Positions 13,997 to 25,042 are shown, counted from the stretch's first letter. The stretch: DNA of 64,000 nt from an uncultured Candidatus Rokubacteria bacterium (GCA_963708025.1 CAVPSB010000013.1:352001-416000), one strand, 5' to 3'. Program-made: numbers and translations. Notes: generated from the letters alone by a model not told the origin.

Positions 13997-14832
13997 GGCT
14001 TGCGCTCCCGCTTCCAGTCCATGCCCGACGCCTCCATGCCCGCCCGCATCTGGAGCGGCCAGGTCTGCATGGTGGCGACGGGCTCCGCCCGCGACACCAC
14101 GATCCCGGCCGCCAGCCCGAAGGCGATCTGGGAGACGATGAACCAGGTCCAGTCCACGCGCGCGTTCAGGGCGGGGTTGATGAACCCGAGGAGCGCCCAG
14201 AGGAAGCCCGTCCAGAGCAGCGGGGCGATCAGGCCGCCCCACAGCATGTGGCGCCGGGGCATCATGGGCAGGATGACGGCGTAGAGGAGGCCGACGAGCA
14301 CCGACACCACCCCGTGCGCCACGATGCCGAGGGCGAGCGCCGTCGCGCTGAACGCCCGGAGCTCGGGCATGTCCGCGCGGGCCATCGCGGGCATCGCCAC
14401 CGCGGCCAGCAGGTTGATCGGATACCAGAGGCTCCGCTGGACGAGGACCCCGTAGGCGCAGGCCACCACCGCCATGGCCACGCCCCCCACGAGGCCGCCC
14501 TTGACCCCGGCCGAGATCGGCTGCACCTCGATCGGCAGCCGCACCCGGTGCCCGGCCTCGCCGAGCTGGAGATGGTCCACGCTGGCGGAAACGCGGGCGA
14601 TCGGTGCCGGCCGCTCGGCGAGGGGGCGGAGCGGGATGTGCTCGACCTGCTCCTCCGGCAAGACCTCGCGCCACCAGCCGATCCCGCCGATCAGCGCGAG
14701 CGCCAGGCCCACGACGGCGACGGTCACGTGGGTGACGAGGGCGGCGCCGGCCAGCGTGAGGCCGAGGGCGACCACCATGGGCCACACGGTGGGCGCGGGC
14801 AGCGTCTCGTGCTCCGGCTCTCGCCCGGTCAT
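13993..14832 (-). CDS. Multi-TM membrane protein; N-terminus resembles an oxidase subunit IV
   Basis: LPAPTVWPMVVALG start, about 6 TM helices, inside the cox/qcr operon. Confidence 0.7.
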   Translation of the reverse strand: MTGREPEHETLPAPTVWPMVVALGLTLAGAALVTHVTVAVVGLALALIGGIGWWREVLPEEQVEHIPLRPLAERPAPIARVSASVDHLQLGEAGHRVRLPIEVQPISAGVKGGLVGGVAMAVVACAYGVLVQRSLWYPINLLAAVAMPAMARADMPELRAFSATALALGIVAHGVVSVLVGLLYAVILPMMPRRHMLWGGLIAPLLWTGFLWALLGFINPALNARVDWTWFIVSQIAFGLAAGIVVSRAEPVATMQTWPLQMRAGMEASGMDWKRERKP

Positions 14833-14940
14833 TGGGACCCCCACCCTTTGACGGCCTTCGGCCTGTGGCGACCCCTCCCCACTGATCGGACGGCCTTCGG
14901 CCTGTGGCGGGGGGAGGGGGGGCGCCCCGCCGTCCCGACG
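14833..14940 (-). repeat. Family A repeat variant with two GCCACAGGCCGAAGGCCGTC modules
   Basis: Modules at 14850-14870 and 14889-14909; highly similar to 17275-17392. Confidence 0.85.
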
Positions 14941-14982
14941 GGGTACCCGGTCGGTGGAACGAGACGGTTGACACGGCGTGTC

Positions 14983-15555
14983 TCACCGGCCGACCAGGTA
15001 GACGACCGTGAGCACGACCACCCACACGCCGTCCACGAAGTGCCAGTACCAGGACACCATCTCCACCCGCTCGGCATGGGCGGCCCGGAGCGCGCCGGTG
15101 GCGGCGAACACGCAGCAGAGCCCGAGCATGAAGAGCCCGGCGATGACGTGCGAGGCGTGCAGCCCCACCAGCGGGTAGAACGTGGTGCCGAAGAGGTTCG
15201 TGCCGATCGTGAGGCCGTCGTGGTAGATGAGCTGGTACCACTCGCGGGCGGTCCCGACCAGGAAGATGGCGCCGAGCACGGCGGTCACCAGCAGCCAGAG
15301 CCCGGAGCGGCGGACGTCGCCGCGGAAGAGCGCTTTGGCGCCGAAGGCCACGGTCACGCTGCTCGACAGGAGGCAGATGGTCCCGATCACCGGGATCGTC
15401 AGCACGTCCTTGGGCAGCGGCCCGTTCAGGCTCTTCCCGTGGTAGAAGAGGTAGGCGACCACGAAGACGGCGAAGATCGAGGCCTCGGCGATGATCAGCC
15501 CGATCATGCCGACGCGGCCACGCCACTCGTGACCGACGGCCGACTCGTGCGTCAC
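14983..15555 (-). CDS. coxC: Heme-copper oxidase subunit III
   Basis: FYPLVGLHASHV, SWYWHFVDGVW. Confidence 0.9.
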   Translation of the reverse strand: MTHESAVGHEWRGRVGMIGLIIAEASIFAVFVVAYLFYHGKSLNGPLPKDVLTIPVIGTICLLSSSVTVAFGAKALFRGDVRRSGLWLLVTAVLGAIFLVGTAREWYQLIYHDGLTIGTNLFGTTFYPLVGLHASHVIAGLFMLGLCCVFAATGALRAAHAERVEMVSWYWHFVDGVWVVVLTVVYLVGR

Positions 15556-15598
15556 CTCGCCCCCCTCACCGGCCCCGGCCGAAGCCTCCGATTCGCGC

Positions 15599-17274
15599 TC
15601 ATTCGTGAGGCCCGTCCGGATCGTCCGGATGCTTGAGGTCCCAGACGGGCCGGCGGCTACCGACCACCGGGATGGTCTCGAAGTTGTACGCCGGCGGCGG
15701 CGAGGTCGTGGCCCACTCGAGCGTCCACGCGTCCCACGGGTCGTCCCCCGCCCGCTCCCCGCGCCGGAGCGAGACCACGACGTTCACCGCGAAGATCAGG
15801 ATCGCGATCGCCTGCAACGGCACCCCGAGGGTCGTGACGAGGTTCCACATCTCCCAGCCACGATCGGCGGGGTAGGTGTAGATCCGCCGGGGCATCCCGA
15901 GCAGCCCCTGGATGTGCATGGTGAGGAACGTCAGGTTGAACCCGAGCACGAACAACCAGAAGTGCCAGCGACCGAGCCGCTCGGAGAGCATGCGGCCGGT
16001 GGCCTTGGGGAACCAGTAGTAGATCGCGCCGAAGATCGTGAAGACCAGGCCGCCGATCAGCACGAAGTGGAAGTGGGCGACCACGAAGTACGAGTCGCTG
16101 AGCTGCCAGTCGAACGGCGCCACCGCCAGCATCACCCCGGTGAGGCCGGCGCAGAGGAACTGGAAGAGGAAGGCGCAGCAGAAGAGCATCGGGGTCCGGA
16201 GGCGGATGTGGCCCCCGTACATGGTGGCGAGCCAGTTGAAGATCTTGATCCCGGTGGGGACCGCGATGAGCATCGTGGACAGGGCAAAGAAGGCGTTCAG
16301 CGGGGCGCCCAGCCCACCACGAACATGTGGTGGGCCCACGTGGAGAGGGAGACGGCGCCGATGGACACGGTGGCGAAGACGAGGGTGGTGTAGCCGAAGA
16401 TGACCTTGCGGGAGAAGACCGGGATGATCTCGGACACGAAGCCGAAACCGGGCAGCATCAGCACGTAGACCTCGGGGTGGCCGAAGAACCAGAAGAAGTG
16501 CTGCCACATGACGGCCGACCCGCCGGCCTGGGTGTCGAAGAAGTGGGCCCCGAGGAAGCGGTCCAGGAGCAGCATGATCTGGGCGGCCGTCAGCGGGGGC
16601 AGGATGAACAGGGTCATCGCGGACACGGTCAGCATCGTCCACACGAAGACCGGCAGGCGGCCGAGCGTCATGCCCGGACCCCGCATGGTGAGCGTGGTGG
16701 CGACGATGTTGATCGCGGTCGCGATGGTCCCCACCCCGGCGATCAGGATGGACAGGTTCCAGTAGTCGGTGGCGTTGCCGGGGGTGAACGCGCGGCTGGT
16801 GAGCGGCGCGTAGGCGAACCAGCCCACCGCCGGCGCCGAGCCGGACCCGTAGAGCCCCTCGCCCCCGATGAAGCTGAAGTGGAGGAGCAGCCCCGCGAAC
16901 AGGAAGATCCAGAAGCCGAAGGCGTTCAGGCGGGGGAAGGCGAGGTCGCGGGCGCCGATCATGAGCGGCACCAGGTAGTTGCCGAAGCCGAACACGATCG
17001 GGATCCCGACCAGGAACACCATGGACGTCCCGTGCATGGTGAAGAGCCGGTTGAACGTCTCCGGGGACACCAGCTCGAGCTCGGGCCACACGAGCTGGAT
17101 ACGCATCACCGTGGCCTCGATCCCGGCGACGACGAGAAAGACGATGCCGCAGCCGATGTACATGATCCCGAGGCGCTTGTGGTCCACGGTCACGACCCAC
17201 TCGTGGACGTGCTCGAGCCACGTGCGACGGGCCGTCGCCTCCGGGCTCGTCAGGGTCGGCGCCAGAACGCTCAT
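15599..17274 (-). CDS. coxA: Cytochrome c oxidase subunit I (A1 type); frameshift near 16310
   Basis: TVDHKRLG, FTMHGT, FGHPEVY, WAHHMF, VAHFHF, GMPRRI. Confidence 0.95.
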
Positions 17275-17392
17275 TCGACACCCCCCCCACCCCCGACCCT
17301 CGACGGCCTTCGGCCTGTGGCGACCCCTCCCCACGATCGGACGGCCTTCGGCCTGTGGCGGGAGGAGGGGGGGCGACCCGCTGTCCCCACGC
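17275..17392 (-). repeat. Family A repeat variant with two hairpin modules
   Basis: Modules at 17302-17322 and 17340-17360; abuts the coxA ATG. Confidence 0.85.
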
Positions 17393-17450
17393 TGCGCGGG
17401 CTCGGCAGCGAGAAGCAAGTGATACGCGCGGCGTCACTTGGGGTTGGCCC

Positions 17451-18410
17451 TCACCGGAGCGTGAGGAGGTAGGCGGTGAGCTGGCTCAGCTCGTCGCTGG
17501 ACAGCTTCATGGCCGGCATGAGGGCCCCGGGCTTCATCGACGCCGGATCGTCCACCCACGCCCGCAGCTTCTCGGGGGTATTGCGCGCCGCGCCCGCCCC
17601 GAGCGTCGTCCGGCTCATGAGGTGGGTGAGGTCCGGCCCGAACAGCCCGTTGGCCGGAGTGCCGCGGACCGTGTGGCAGTTGATGCAGGAGAGCGAGGCG
17701 AAGAGCCGGGCGCCGGCCCGGACCGCGGGATCGTCGGGGACCGGGGCCTGCTGGGCCACCACCCAGCGATCGAACTCCTCCCGGGGCTGGACGACCACCC
17801 GGAGCAGCATCCACGCGTGCTGGACGCCACAGTACTCGGCGCACTGGCCGACGTAGGTGCCGGGAGTCCGCGGGTCGATCCACACGCGGTTGGTCCGGTT
17901 CGGGATGACGTCCATCTTCCCGGCCAGCTGGGGCACCCAGAAGCTGTGGACCACGTCCGCGGATTGGAGGGTGATGAAGGTCGGCGCCGGGCGGGTGGCG
18001 TCGCTCACCGGGACGTGGAGCTCGTTGGCGGTGACGATCCCGAGCTTCGGGTAGCGGATCTCCCACCACCACTGGTTCCCGACGATGGCGACCTCGAGGG
18101 CGTCCGGTGGCTGGGGGCGCCGCTCGATCCCGTAGATGTAGCGGGCGGTCACCAGGAAGAGGACGACCACGATCAGGAACGGCACCACCGTCCACGCCAG
18201 CTCGATCCGATCGCTCCCGTAGACCTGCGGAGGCTCGCGCCGCTCGTCGCCGGCCCGGCTCCGGAACCGGAAGAGGATGTAGGCGGCCAGCCCGGCGACG
18301 ATGACGAAGATGACGGCCGAGAGGCCGAGGACGAGGAAGGACAGCTCCCGGATCGCGAAGGCCGGGGTGGAGACCGGGTTGAAGATGCTCGGAGTCTGGA
18401 CGGGAGGCAC
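17451..18410 (-). CDS. coxB: Cytochrome c oxidase subunit II with C-terminal cytochrome c (caa3 type)
   Basis: QWWW, DVVHSF, CuA motif CAEYCGVQHAWM, CINCH. Confidence 0.95.
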   Translation of the reverse strand: MPPVQTPSIFNPVSTPAFAIRELSFLVLGLSAVIFVIVAGLAAYILFRFRSRAGDERREPPQVYGSDRIELAWTVVPFLIVVVLFLVTARYIYGIERRPQPPDALEVAIVGNQWWWEIRYPKLGIVTANELHVPVSDATRPAPTFITLQSADVVHSFWVPQLAGKMDVIPNRTNRVWIDPRTPGTYVGQCAEYCGVQHAWMLLRVVVQPREEFDRWVVAQQAPVPDDPAVRAGARLFASLSCINCHTVRGTPANGLFGPDLTHLMSRTTLGAGAARNTPEKLRAWVDDPASMKPGALMPAMKLSSDELSQLTAYLLTLR

Positions 18411-18643
18411 GCGCTATCGGCCTTCGTCGTCGTCTCGGCGCGCGGCACTCGCGTCGTGAGGTCCCCGGCGCATCACTCTCATTCGCGGTTCCGGCAAGAC
18501 ATTACCACGGCCCCCGGGGGCGACACCACCCTACCCGTCTCCCTCCCCCCGTCTCGTCACCGGCCGCCCGGTGAGTCGGCCCGGGGAGCCTTCGCGCCGG
18601 GCGGGCTCGACCCCGCCGGCGGGCACTCGCGCGGCCTGGCGGC

Positions 18644-19930
18644 TCAGTCGCCGAAGATCCGTCGCAGGATCGCCGGCTCGAGCCACCGCGCGGGGTCGAG
18701 GTCACCGACGCGGGCCCGCACCTCGTCGAGCAGCATTTCCCGGTACTCGATCGCCCGGCCGCCGGTGACGCCCCGGTAGACGTACGCCACCGGGGTGACC
18801 TCCGGCGGCACCCGGACGGCCTCCGCCAGGCGCCGCCAGGCCTCCGGGCGGGTCCACCGCGGATCCACGGCTTCCAGGAACGCTCGCCCGCTCTCGCCCG
18901 GCCGCGGCGTCGCCGCCAGCGCCGCCCCGAGGAGCGCCTCCAGCTCGGCGTCCCCGTCGAAGAGGCCCACGACCGCCGCCTCGGCCCCGAGGTTCCGGAT
19001 CCGGCCCAGGTCGGCGGCGAGGTACCGGAACAGCGCCTCGCGCGGCGCGGGCCCCACCGCTCCCCGGTCCAGCTCACGGCGCAGCCCGCGGAAGCCCTCG
19101 AGCCGCCATCGCTCGGCCTCGGTCCAGAACACGGTGTTGTCGAACGCCACCACGAACGCCAGCGCGCCCGTGGCATCGTCGAGGGCGGGACGCCCGACGA
19201 GGCGGCTGTCGAACCGCTCGGGGTCGCAGTGGTGGTTGCGGGCCGCGCACCAGGCCTGGTCGGCGTACACAGGACGGAGCCGTTCGATGTGCGCCTGCCG
19301 CGCCGGCTGATGGGGCGGCATCGGCAGGATCGTGCGATCCTGCCGGCGCCGGACGTCGTAGAGGGCGACCTCGGCCGGGTGCGTCGGCGCGAAGTGGACC
19401 TGGCTCCGGTGATACACGATCGTGCCGTCCCGGAACACCCCGAGGAACCAGCCCCGGAGCGCGACCCGGACGGCTAGGTCCCGGGACAGGACGAGCAGGC
19501 AGCCGGCCGAGGGGCTGAGATGGATGTCGAGGTAGACGTGGTCCCGGCCGGCGTGAGCATCCGTCACCGACCCCGCGCACTCGACCATCCCCGGGCCGGC
19601 CGCGAGCCCGGACACCTCCACGGTCTTCCAGGCCCGGGCGCGCTTGTCGAGCCGGCTCACGAGGAGCGGCGGCACCAAGTGCCCGCGTCCGTCGCCGAGG
19701 TAGTACGCGACCAGCAGGCTCCGCTCGTCCTCGAAGAGGCCGACTCCCGTGATCGAGCGGTCGAGGTAGCGGAGGGCTCTCGCCTCGGCCCGGTGACCGC
19801 GCGCGGCCAGAACGTCACGGAGGGTCTCGGCTCCCGCCGGCAGGGCGACTACGAGCGGAATCACCGCCGCGGCTGCCCGCACGGCGACCCGAACCGCCCG
19901 CGAGAGCGTGGGACCGGGGATGGTGGTCAG
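18644..19930 (-). CDS. Exported hypothetical protein (start uncertain)
   Basis: Signal-like VIPLVVALPAGA followed by about 390 aa of protein-like sequence, directly after the molybdoenzyme gene. Confidence 0.65.
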   Translation of the reverse strand: MTTIPGPTLSRAVRVAVRAAAAVIPLVVALPAGAETLRDVLAARGHRAEARALRYLDRSITGVGLFEDERSLLVAYYLGDGRGHLVPPLLVSRLDKRARAWKTVEVSGLAAGPGMVECAGSVTDAHAGRDHVYLDIHLSPSAGCLLVLSRDLAVRVALRGWFLGVFRDGTIVYHRSQVHFAPTHPAEVALYDVRRRQDRTILPMPPHQPARQAHIERLRPVYADQAWCAARNHHCDPERFDSRLVGRPALDDATGALAFVVAFDNTVFWTEAERWRLEGFRGLRRELDRGAVGPAPREALFRYLAADLGRIRNLGAEAAVVGLFDGDAELEALLGAALAATPRPGESGRAFLEAVDPRWTRPEAWRRLAEAVRVPPEVTPVAYVYRGVTGGRAIEYREMLLDEVRARVGDLDPARWLEPAILRRIFGD

Positions 19931-22200
19931 GCCCGGGCCAGGGCCGCCTTCACGCGCTCCGGCGTGAGCGGCGCCCGGCGCAGCCGCACGCCGGTCGCGT
20001 CGAAGACCGCGTTCGCCACCGCCGCCGGGATGCAGCGGATGGTGGGCTCGCCGGCGCCGGTCGGCGCGACCTCGGGCCGGTCGATCAGGACCACCTCGAT
20101 CGACTCCGGCGCGTCCCGGATCTCGAGGATCGGGTAGCTCGCCCAGTCCACGCTCGTCACCGCGCTCCGGTCGAAGCGCACCTCCTCGAACAGCGTGCGC
20201 GACAGCCCCTGCACCACGTTGCCCTCGATGGTGTAGCGGAGCCCCTGCGGGTTGACGATCAGGCCGCAGTCGTGGGCGACCGTGAACCGGCGCGCCCAGA
20301 CGCGCCCGGTGGCCGGATCGACCTCGACCTCGGCCACCACCGCGACGATCGTGCCGGCCCGCTGCGCGTACGCCATGCCGCGGCCGCGCCAGAGGGCCCC
20401 CGACCGCTCGCGGCGGGGCGCCGGGCGCGGCTCCCAGCCCGCCTTCTCGGCGGCGGCCTTCACCACGTCGCGGTCGCGGGGCGCCGTCAGGTACCGGAGC
20501 CGGAACGCGACCGGGTCCTCGCCGACGGCCGCCGCGATCTCGTCGACGAACTGCTCGCTGCCGAAGTGGATCTCGGGTCCGACCGGATCGCGCAGGTGCG
20601 CCGTGCGCAGCGGCGAGCCGCGATCGAGCAGCGGCGGGATCGCCTCCCAGGCCAGCAGCTTCGCCTCGAACCCGTAGCTCTCGGCCGGGACGCCGAGCCC
20701 GACCTCGGGCTTGAGCGGCATCCCGAGCGCCATGCCGGCCAGGCTGTCGCGGGGGTCGCTCTCGTTGGTCGTGATGTTGACGCGCGAGAAGCCCTTGACG
20801 ACGAACTCGTAGCCGATCACCTTGCCGGCGGCGTCGAGCGCGGCCCGCCCCCGGTGGAGGCAGGCCGGCCCCTTCGGATCCCAGGCGGTGCCGTCGTGGC
20901 GCATGCCCTGCACCCGCACCGGGCGGCCGGTGAGCTTCGAGAGGTAGGCCGCGTCGAGCGCGGCGTCGCCGGCGTCGTTGCGGCCGTACGAGCCCGGCCC
21001 CATCACCCAGATGCCGCGCACCTGCTCGGGCGGCAGCCCGAGGAGCCTGGCCACGCCGTCGCGGGTGAAGTGCGGCTTCTGGGAGCCGGTCCACACCGTC
21101 GCCTCGTCGGCCTTCACGTCGGCGACCGCGCAGGCCGGGCCCATGCTCGCGTGCGACTGGAACGGCCACGCGTACTCCGCCTCGACGACCCGCGCCGCGG
21201 CCTTGAACGCCGCCTCCAGGTCCCCCTTCTTGACGGGCTCCTCCCGCTTGAGCGGCGCCGCCGCCCGGATGTGCTCGTGGAGGGCCTCCATCGCCGGGAA
21301 CGGGTCGGGGGGCGCCGTCCACTCGACCTTCAGCGCGCGGGCGGCCCGCACCGCGTCCCACTCGTGCTCGGCCACCACGGCCAGGAACTCCTTGTCGCGG
21401 ACCACGCGCGCGCCGCGGATCGCCCGGATCGACCCTTCGTCCACCCGCGCGATCGTGCCGCCCGCCTTCGGGGGCCGGATCACCCGCGCGTGCAGCATGC
21501 GCGGCACCCGGATGTCGGTGACGAAGTCGGCCGTCCCGAACACCTTGCCTTCCACGTCGCGCCGCGGCAGGGACTTGCCCACGACCTTGTAGTCGGACGG
21601 CGACTTGGGCTTGGCCTGCCCCTGCACGTCCATGAAGTTGCCGACCTGCTTGTTCCACTCGACCTTCGCGTTGAAGTGCTGGCCGCCGATCAGGTCGGCG
21701 TAGCTGACCCGCTTCCCGGGGTCGTCGAGCGCGCTCACCACGCCGTCGGCGACGGTGAGCCGATCGGCCGGCACGCCGAGCTGCTGGGCGGCGCGGCCGA
21801 CCAGGATCCGCCGGGCCTCGGCGGCGGCGTTGCGCAGCGGGCGGGCGCCGTGCGACACGCCGAAGCTTCCCGAGGCGCCGCCCTGGTTGCAGGAGGTGGC
21901 GGTGTCGCCCATGAGCACGGTCACGCGGTCGAACGGGACGTCCAGCTCCTCGGCGACGACCTGGGCGATGGCGACGTCGAGGCTCTGGCCCATGTCCATC
22001 TTGCCGAAGAACGCCGTCACGCTGCCGTCGGGCAGCACCGCGAGCCAGGAGTCGAGCTCCGCCGGGCGCCAGCGGCGGCTTGCCGCGGCGGCGGATCCGG
22101 TCTGGGCGAGCGCGTCGTCGAGGAGGGTGGGCGCGGCGGCGGAGACGACGAGCGCCCCGGCCAGTCGCAGGAAGTCGCGGCGCGAGAGCGAACCGTCCAT
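19927..22200 (-). CDS. Xanthine dehydrogenase family molybdopterin-binding subunit (IorB-like), Tat signal
   Basis: LSRRDFL, GKMDMGQ, QSHASMGPACAVA, GSYGRN, TGAGEP. Confidence 0.9.
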   Translation of the reverse strand: MDGSLSRRDFLRLAGALVVSAAAPTLLDDALAQTGSAAAASRRWRPAELDSWLAVLPDGSVTAFFGKMDMGQSLDVAIAQVVAEELDVPFDRVTVLMGDTATSCNQGGASGSFGVSHGARPLRNAAAEARRILVGRAAQQLGVPADRLTVADGVVSALDDPGKRVSYADLIGGQHFNAKVEWNKQVGNFMDVQGQAKPKSPSDYKVVGKSLPRRDVEGKVFGTADFVTDIRVPRMLHARVIRPPKAGGTIARVDEGSIRAIRGARVVRDKEFLAVVAEHEWDAVRAARALKVEWTAPPDPFPAMEALHEHIRAAAPLKREEPVKKGDLEAAFKAAARVVEAEYAWPFQSHASMGPACAVADVKADEATVWTGSQKPHFTRDGVARLLGLPPEQVRGIWVMGPGSYGRNDAGDAALDAAYLSKLTGRPVRVQGMRHDGTAWDPKGPACLHRGRAALDAAGKVIGYEFVVKGFSRVNITTNESDPRDSLAGMALGMPLKPEVGLGVPAESYGFEAKLLAWEAIPPLLDRGSPLRTAHLRDPVGPEIHFGSEQFVDEIAAAVGEDPVAFRLRYLTAPRDRDVVKAAAEKAGWEPRPAPRRERSGALWRGRGMAYAQRAGTIVAVVAEVEVDPATGRVWARRFTVAHDCGLIVNPQGLRYTIEGNVVQGLSRTLFEEVRFDRSAVTSVDWASYPILEIRDAPESIEVVLIDRPEVAPTGAGEPTIRCIPAAVANAVFDATGVRLRRAPLTPERVKAALARA

Positions 22201-22211
22201 GGCCGCCTCCT

Positions 22212-22679
22212 TCACGCGAGCATCGCCTGCGCGCGCTTGATCGCGCGCAGGATCGCGACGTGAGTCCCGCAGCGGCACTTCAGGCCCGCCAGCGCCTCGC
22301 GCAGCTCGCCGTCGGTCGCCTTCGGCTTCTTCCGGAGGACGGCGGCGGCGGTCATGATCCAGCCGTTCACGCAGTAGCCGCACTGCGGCACCTGCTCCTC
22401 GACGAACGCCTGCTGCAGCGGATGCGGCTTCTGCGGGCTGCCGAGCCCCTCGAGGGTCGTCACGGTCTTGCCCTGGGCCACCGACAGCGGCAGGATGCAG
22501 GCGCGCACCGGCTCCCCGTCGAGGTGCACGGTGCAGGCACCACACTGCGCGAGCCCGCAGCCGAAGTGCGGGTTGCGGAGCCCGAGGTCGTTGCGCAGGG
22601 CGTAGAGGAGCGGCATGTTCGGATCGGCGGCGTTGACCGACACCCGCTTGCCGTCGACGGTGAGCCTGACGGTGGCCAT
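22212..22679 (-). CDS. (2Fe-2S)-binding subunit (IorA/CoxS-like)
   Basis: GCGLAQCGACTV, QCGYC, CRCG. Confidence 0.93.
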   Translation of the reverse strand: MATVRLTVDGKRVSVNAADPNMPLLYALRNDLGLRNPHFGCGLAQCGACTVHLDGEPVRACILPLSVAQGKTVTTLEGLGSPQKPHPLQQAFVEEQVPQCGYCVNGWIMTAAAVLRKKPKATDGELREALAGLKCRCGTHVAILRAIKRAQAMLA

Positions 22680-22906
22680 GACCCCCTCCTCGTCTCCCGG
22701 GCGGTGCTCGGCGCCGGGGCGGCCCGCCCGTCGCGTCCCCAGGGGCTCCGGCGCCCGGCTGCTACCCTCCCACACCTCCAGGCCCCGGGGCAAGCGGCCC
22801 GGCTTGCCTTGCGGGGGGCCCCGGGCCACTCTTGCCAGCCTCTCGGCCCCCTGCTCTAATGTTGGCCATTCCGCGGACGTGACGACTCAGCGACCGGGAG
22901 GAGCTC

Positions 22907-25042
22907 ATGCGACTCACCATCCGCCTCCTGACCCTTTTCCTCGGTGCCGCCCTTGCCGCCGCCGCCCCGCCGGCCGAGGGCCGCATCTCCCGCATCGAGA
23001 TCACCCGCGCCGAGCCGGCGTTCGGGGGGCAGAGCTTCGGCGCCGCCGGCGCCTACCAGCGCCTCGCCGGTCGCGCCTACGGCGAGGTGGATCCGGCGCA
23101 CCCCGGCAACGCGATCATCCACGATTTGTACCTCGCCCCCCGCAACGCCCGGGGCCTGGTCGAGTACGCGACCGACATCGAGCTCCTGGCCCCGGCCGAC
23201 GTGGCGCGCGGCAATGGCGTGCTGCTCTTCGAGGTCCTCAACCGCGGCAACAAGGTCGCTCCCGGCGCCTTCGATGCCGGCATCCCGCCGGTCACCGCCG
23301 ACCGCAACGCCCTCACCACGCCGGGTGACGGTCACCTGCTGCGCGAGGGGTACACCCTCGTGTGGTTCGGCTGGCAGGCCGACGTGCTTCCCGGCCTGGG
23401 TCGCCTGACCCTGACCGTCCCCGTCGCCCGCCAGCCGGACGGCTCGCCGATCACCGGGGTTTTCAGGGCGGAGCTGACGACGCCTCAGCCCACGACGACC
23501 CTCAACCTGTCGAGCGGCTGGTTCACGGGGCTCAACCACAAGAGCTATCCGACGGCGAAGGTCAACAACCGCACGCCGCTCCCCGACGGCTTCCTGCCAG
23601 CGCTCACCGTCCGGGCCCGCGAGCAGGAGCCGCGGGTGCCCATCGCGAACACGGAGTGGTCGTTCGGCGCCTGCCCCGCCGGCGGCGCCGCGACGCCCGG
23701 CGACAGCCAGATCTGCTACCCGGCCGGCTTCCAGCCCGGGCGGCTCTACGAGCTCACCTACCGCGCCCGGGACCCCCTGGTCATGGGCCTGGGCTTCGCG
23801 GCGATGCGGGATCTCGCGAGCTTCCTGCGCGGCGAGCCGCGCGACGGTCAGGGCGCCGCCAACCCCGTCTTCCGCCAGAACCAGGTGGCGATCGTCTACG
23901 GCGCCTCCCAGAGCGGGCGGATGATCCGCACCTTCATCCACCTGGGGTTCAACCGGGACGAGCAGGGCCGTCGCGTCTTCGACGGCGCCTACCCCCACAT
24001 CGGCGGCGGGCTCATGCCGCTCAACGTCCGCTTCGCTCAGCCCGGGCGGGCCTGGGGCGAGCAGATCGACCACCTGTACCCGGCCTACGACTTCCCGTTC
24101 GCGTACGCGCGGCTCCACGATCCGCTGAGCCAGCGGACCCAGGGCGTCCTCGACCGCTGCACGGCGACCGACACCTGCCCGCGCATCTTCCACGTGGCGA
24201 CCGCGCTCGAGCTGTGGGAGGGCCGCCAGTCGCTCGGCCTCACCGATCCCCTCGGCCGGCAGGACGTGGCCGAGCCGGCCGACGTCCGCACGTTCATCAT
24301 GGTGTCCACGCAGCACGGCGCCGCGCCGCTGCCGCTCGCCACCCGGCCGCCCTTCGGGAACTGCCAGCAGCAGCCCAACCCGAACCCGCAGCTCTGGACC
24401 ATGCGGGCCCTCCTGGCCGGCCTCACCGCCTGGGTCCGCGACGGCCAGGCCCCACCCGCGTCGGTCGCTCCGCGGATCGCCGACGGCAGTCTCGTCCCGC
24501 CCGACCAGGTCCGCTTTCCCGCCATTCCGGCCAACGAGTACGGGGGGGTCCCCCGCCCGGCGGTGCGGTTCCTGCGCGTCCACAATCCGCTCCACGTCCT
24601 CGACTTCGGGCCCACCTACGACGCCGCGGATTCCAGCGGGATCATCACCGTCGAGCCGCCGCGCGCGGCCAGCGCCAGCTATGGCCTGCTGGTGCCGCAG
24701 GTGGACGCCGACGGCAACGACCTCGGCGGCGTCCGGTCGCTCCACCTTCAAGTGCCCGTCGGCACCTACACCGGCTGGAACCTCGGCCGCGCCGGCCGCT
24801 TCGAGGACGGGTTCTGCAGCCTGAGCGGGAGCTTCATCCCGTTCGCACGCACCCGGGCCGAGCGCATCGCGATCGGCGACCCGCGGCCCTCGATCGAGGA
24901 GCGGTATCCCACCCCCGACGCCTACGTCGGGGCGATCCGTCGCGCCGCCGACGCGCTGGTGGCGCGCCGGCTCCTGCTACCGGCCGACGCGGCGGCGCTG
25001 GTGGCCGAGGCCGAGCGCGACGGGATCCGCCAGGCGCCCTGA
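22907..25042 (+). CDS. Secreted alpha/beta hydrolase domain protein
   Basis: Signal peptide; GEVDP, EVLNRGNK, GWQAD, nucleophile elbow GASQSG, VPQVDADGN, DPRPSIEERY. Confidence 0.8.
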   Translation: MRLTIRLLTLFLGAALAAAAPPAEGRISRIEITRAEPAFGGQSFGAAGAYQRLAGRAYGEVDPAHPGNAIIHDLYLAPRNARGLVEYATDIELLAPADVARGNGVLLFEVLNRGNKVAPGAFDAGIPPVTADRNALTTPGDGHLLREGYTLVWFGWQADVLPGLGRLTLTVPVARQPDGSPITGVFRAELTTPQPTTTLNLSSGWFTGLNHKSYPTAKVNNRTPLPDGFLPALTVRAREQEPRVPIANTEWSFGACPAGGAATPGDSQICYPAGFQPGRLYELTYRARDPLVMGLGFAAMRDLASFLRGEPRDGQGAANPVFRQNQVAIVYGASQSGRMIRTFIHLGFNRDEQGRRVFDGAYPHIGGGLMPLNVRFAQPGRAWGEQIDHLYPAYDFPFAYARLHDPLSQRTQGVLDRCTATDTCPRIFHVATALELWEGRQSLGLTDPLGRQDVAEPADVRTFIMVSTQHGAAPLPLATRPPFGNCQQQPNPNPQLWTMRALLAGLTAWVRDGQAPPASVAPRIADGSLVPPDQVRFPAIPANEYGGVPRPAVRFLRVHNPLHVLDFGPTYDAADSSGIITVEPPRAASASYGLLVPQVDADGNDLGGVRSLHLQVPVGTYTGWNLGRAGRFEDGFCSLSGSFIPFARTRAERIAIGDPRPSIEERYPTPDAYVGAIRRAADALVARRLLLPADAAALVAEAERDGIRQAP

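Noticed and set aside
14850-17360. 21-bp direct repeats with short spacers as a mini-CRISPR array
   Set aside because: Only two units per locus, the spacers are nearly the same at both loci, and there are no cas genes; they belong to a dispersed repeat family.
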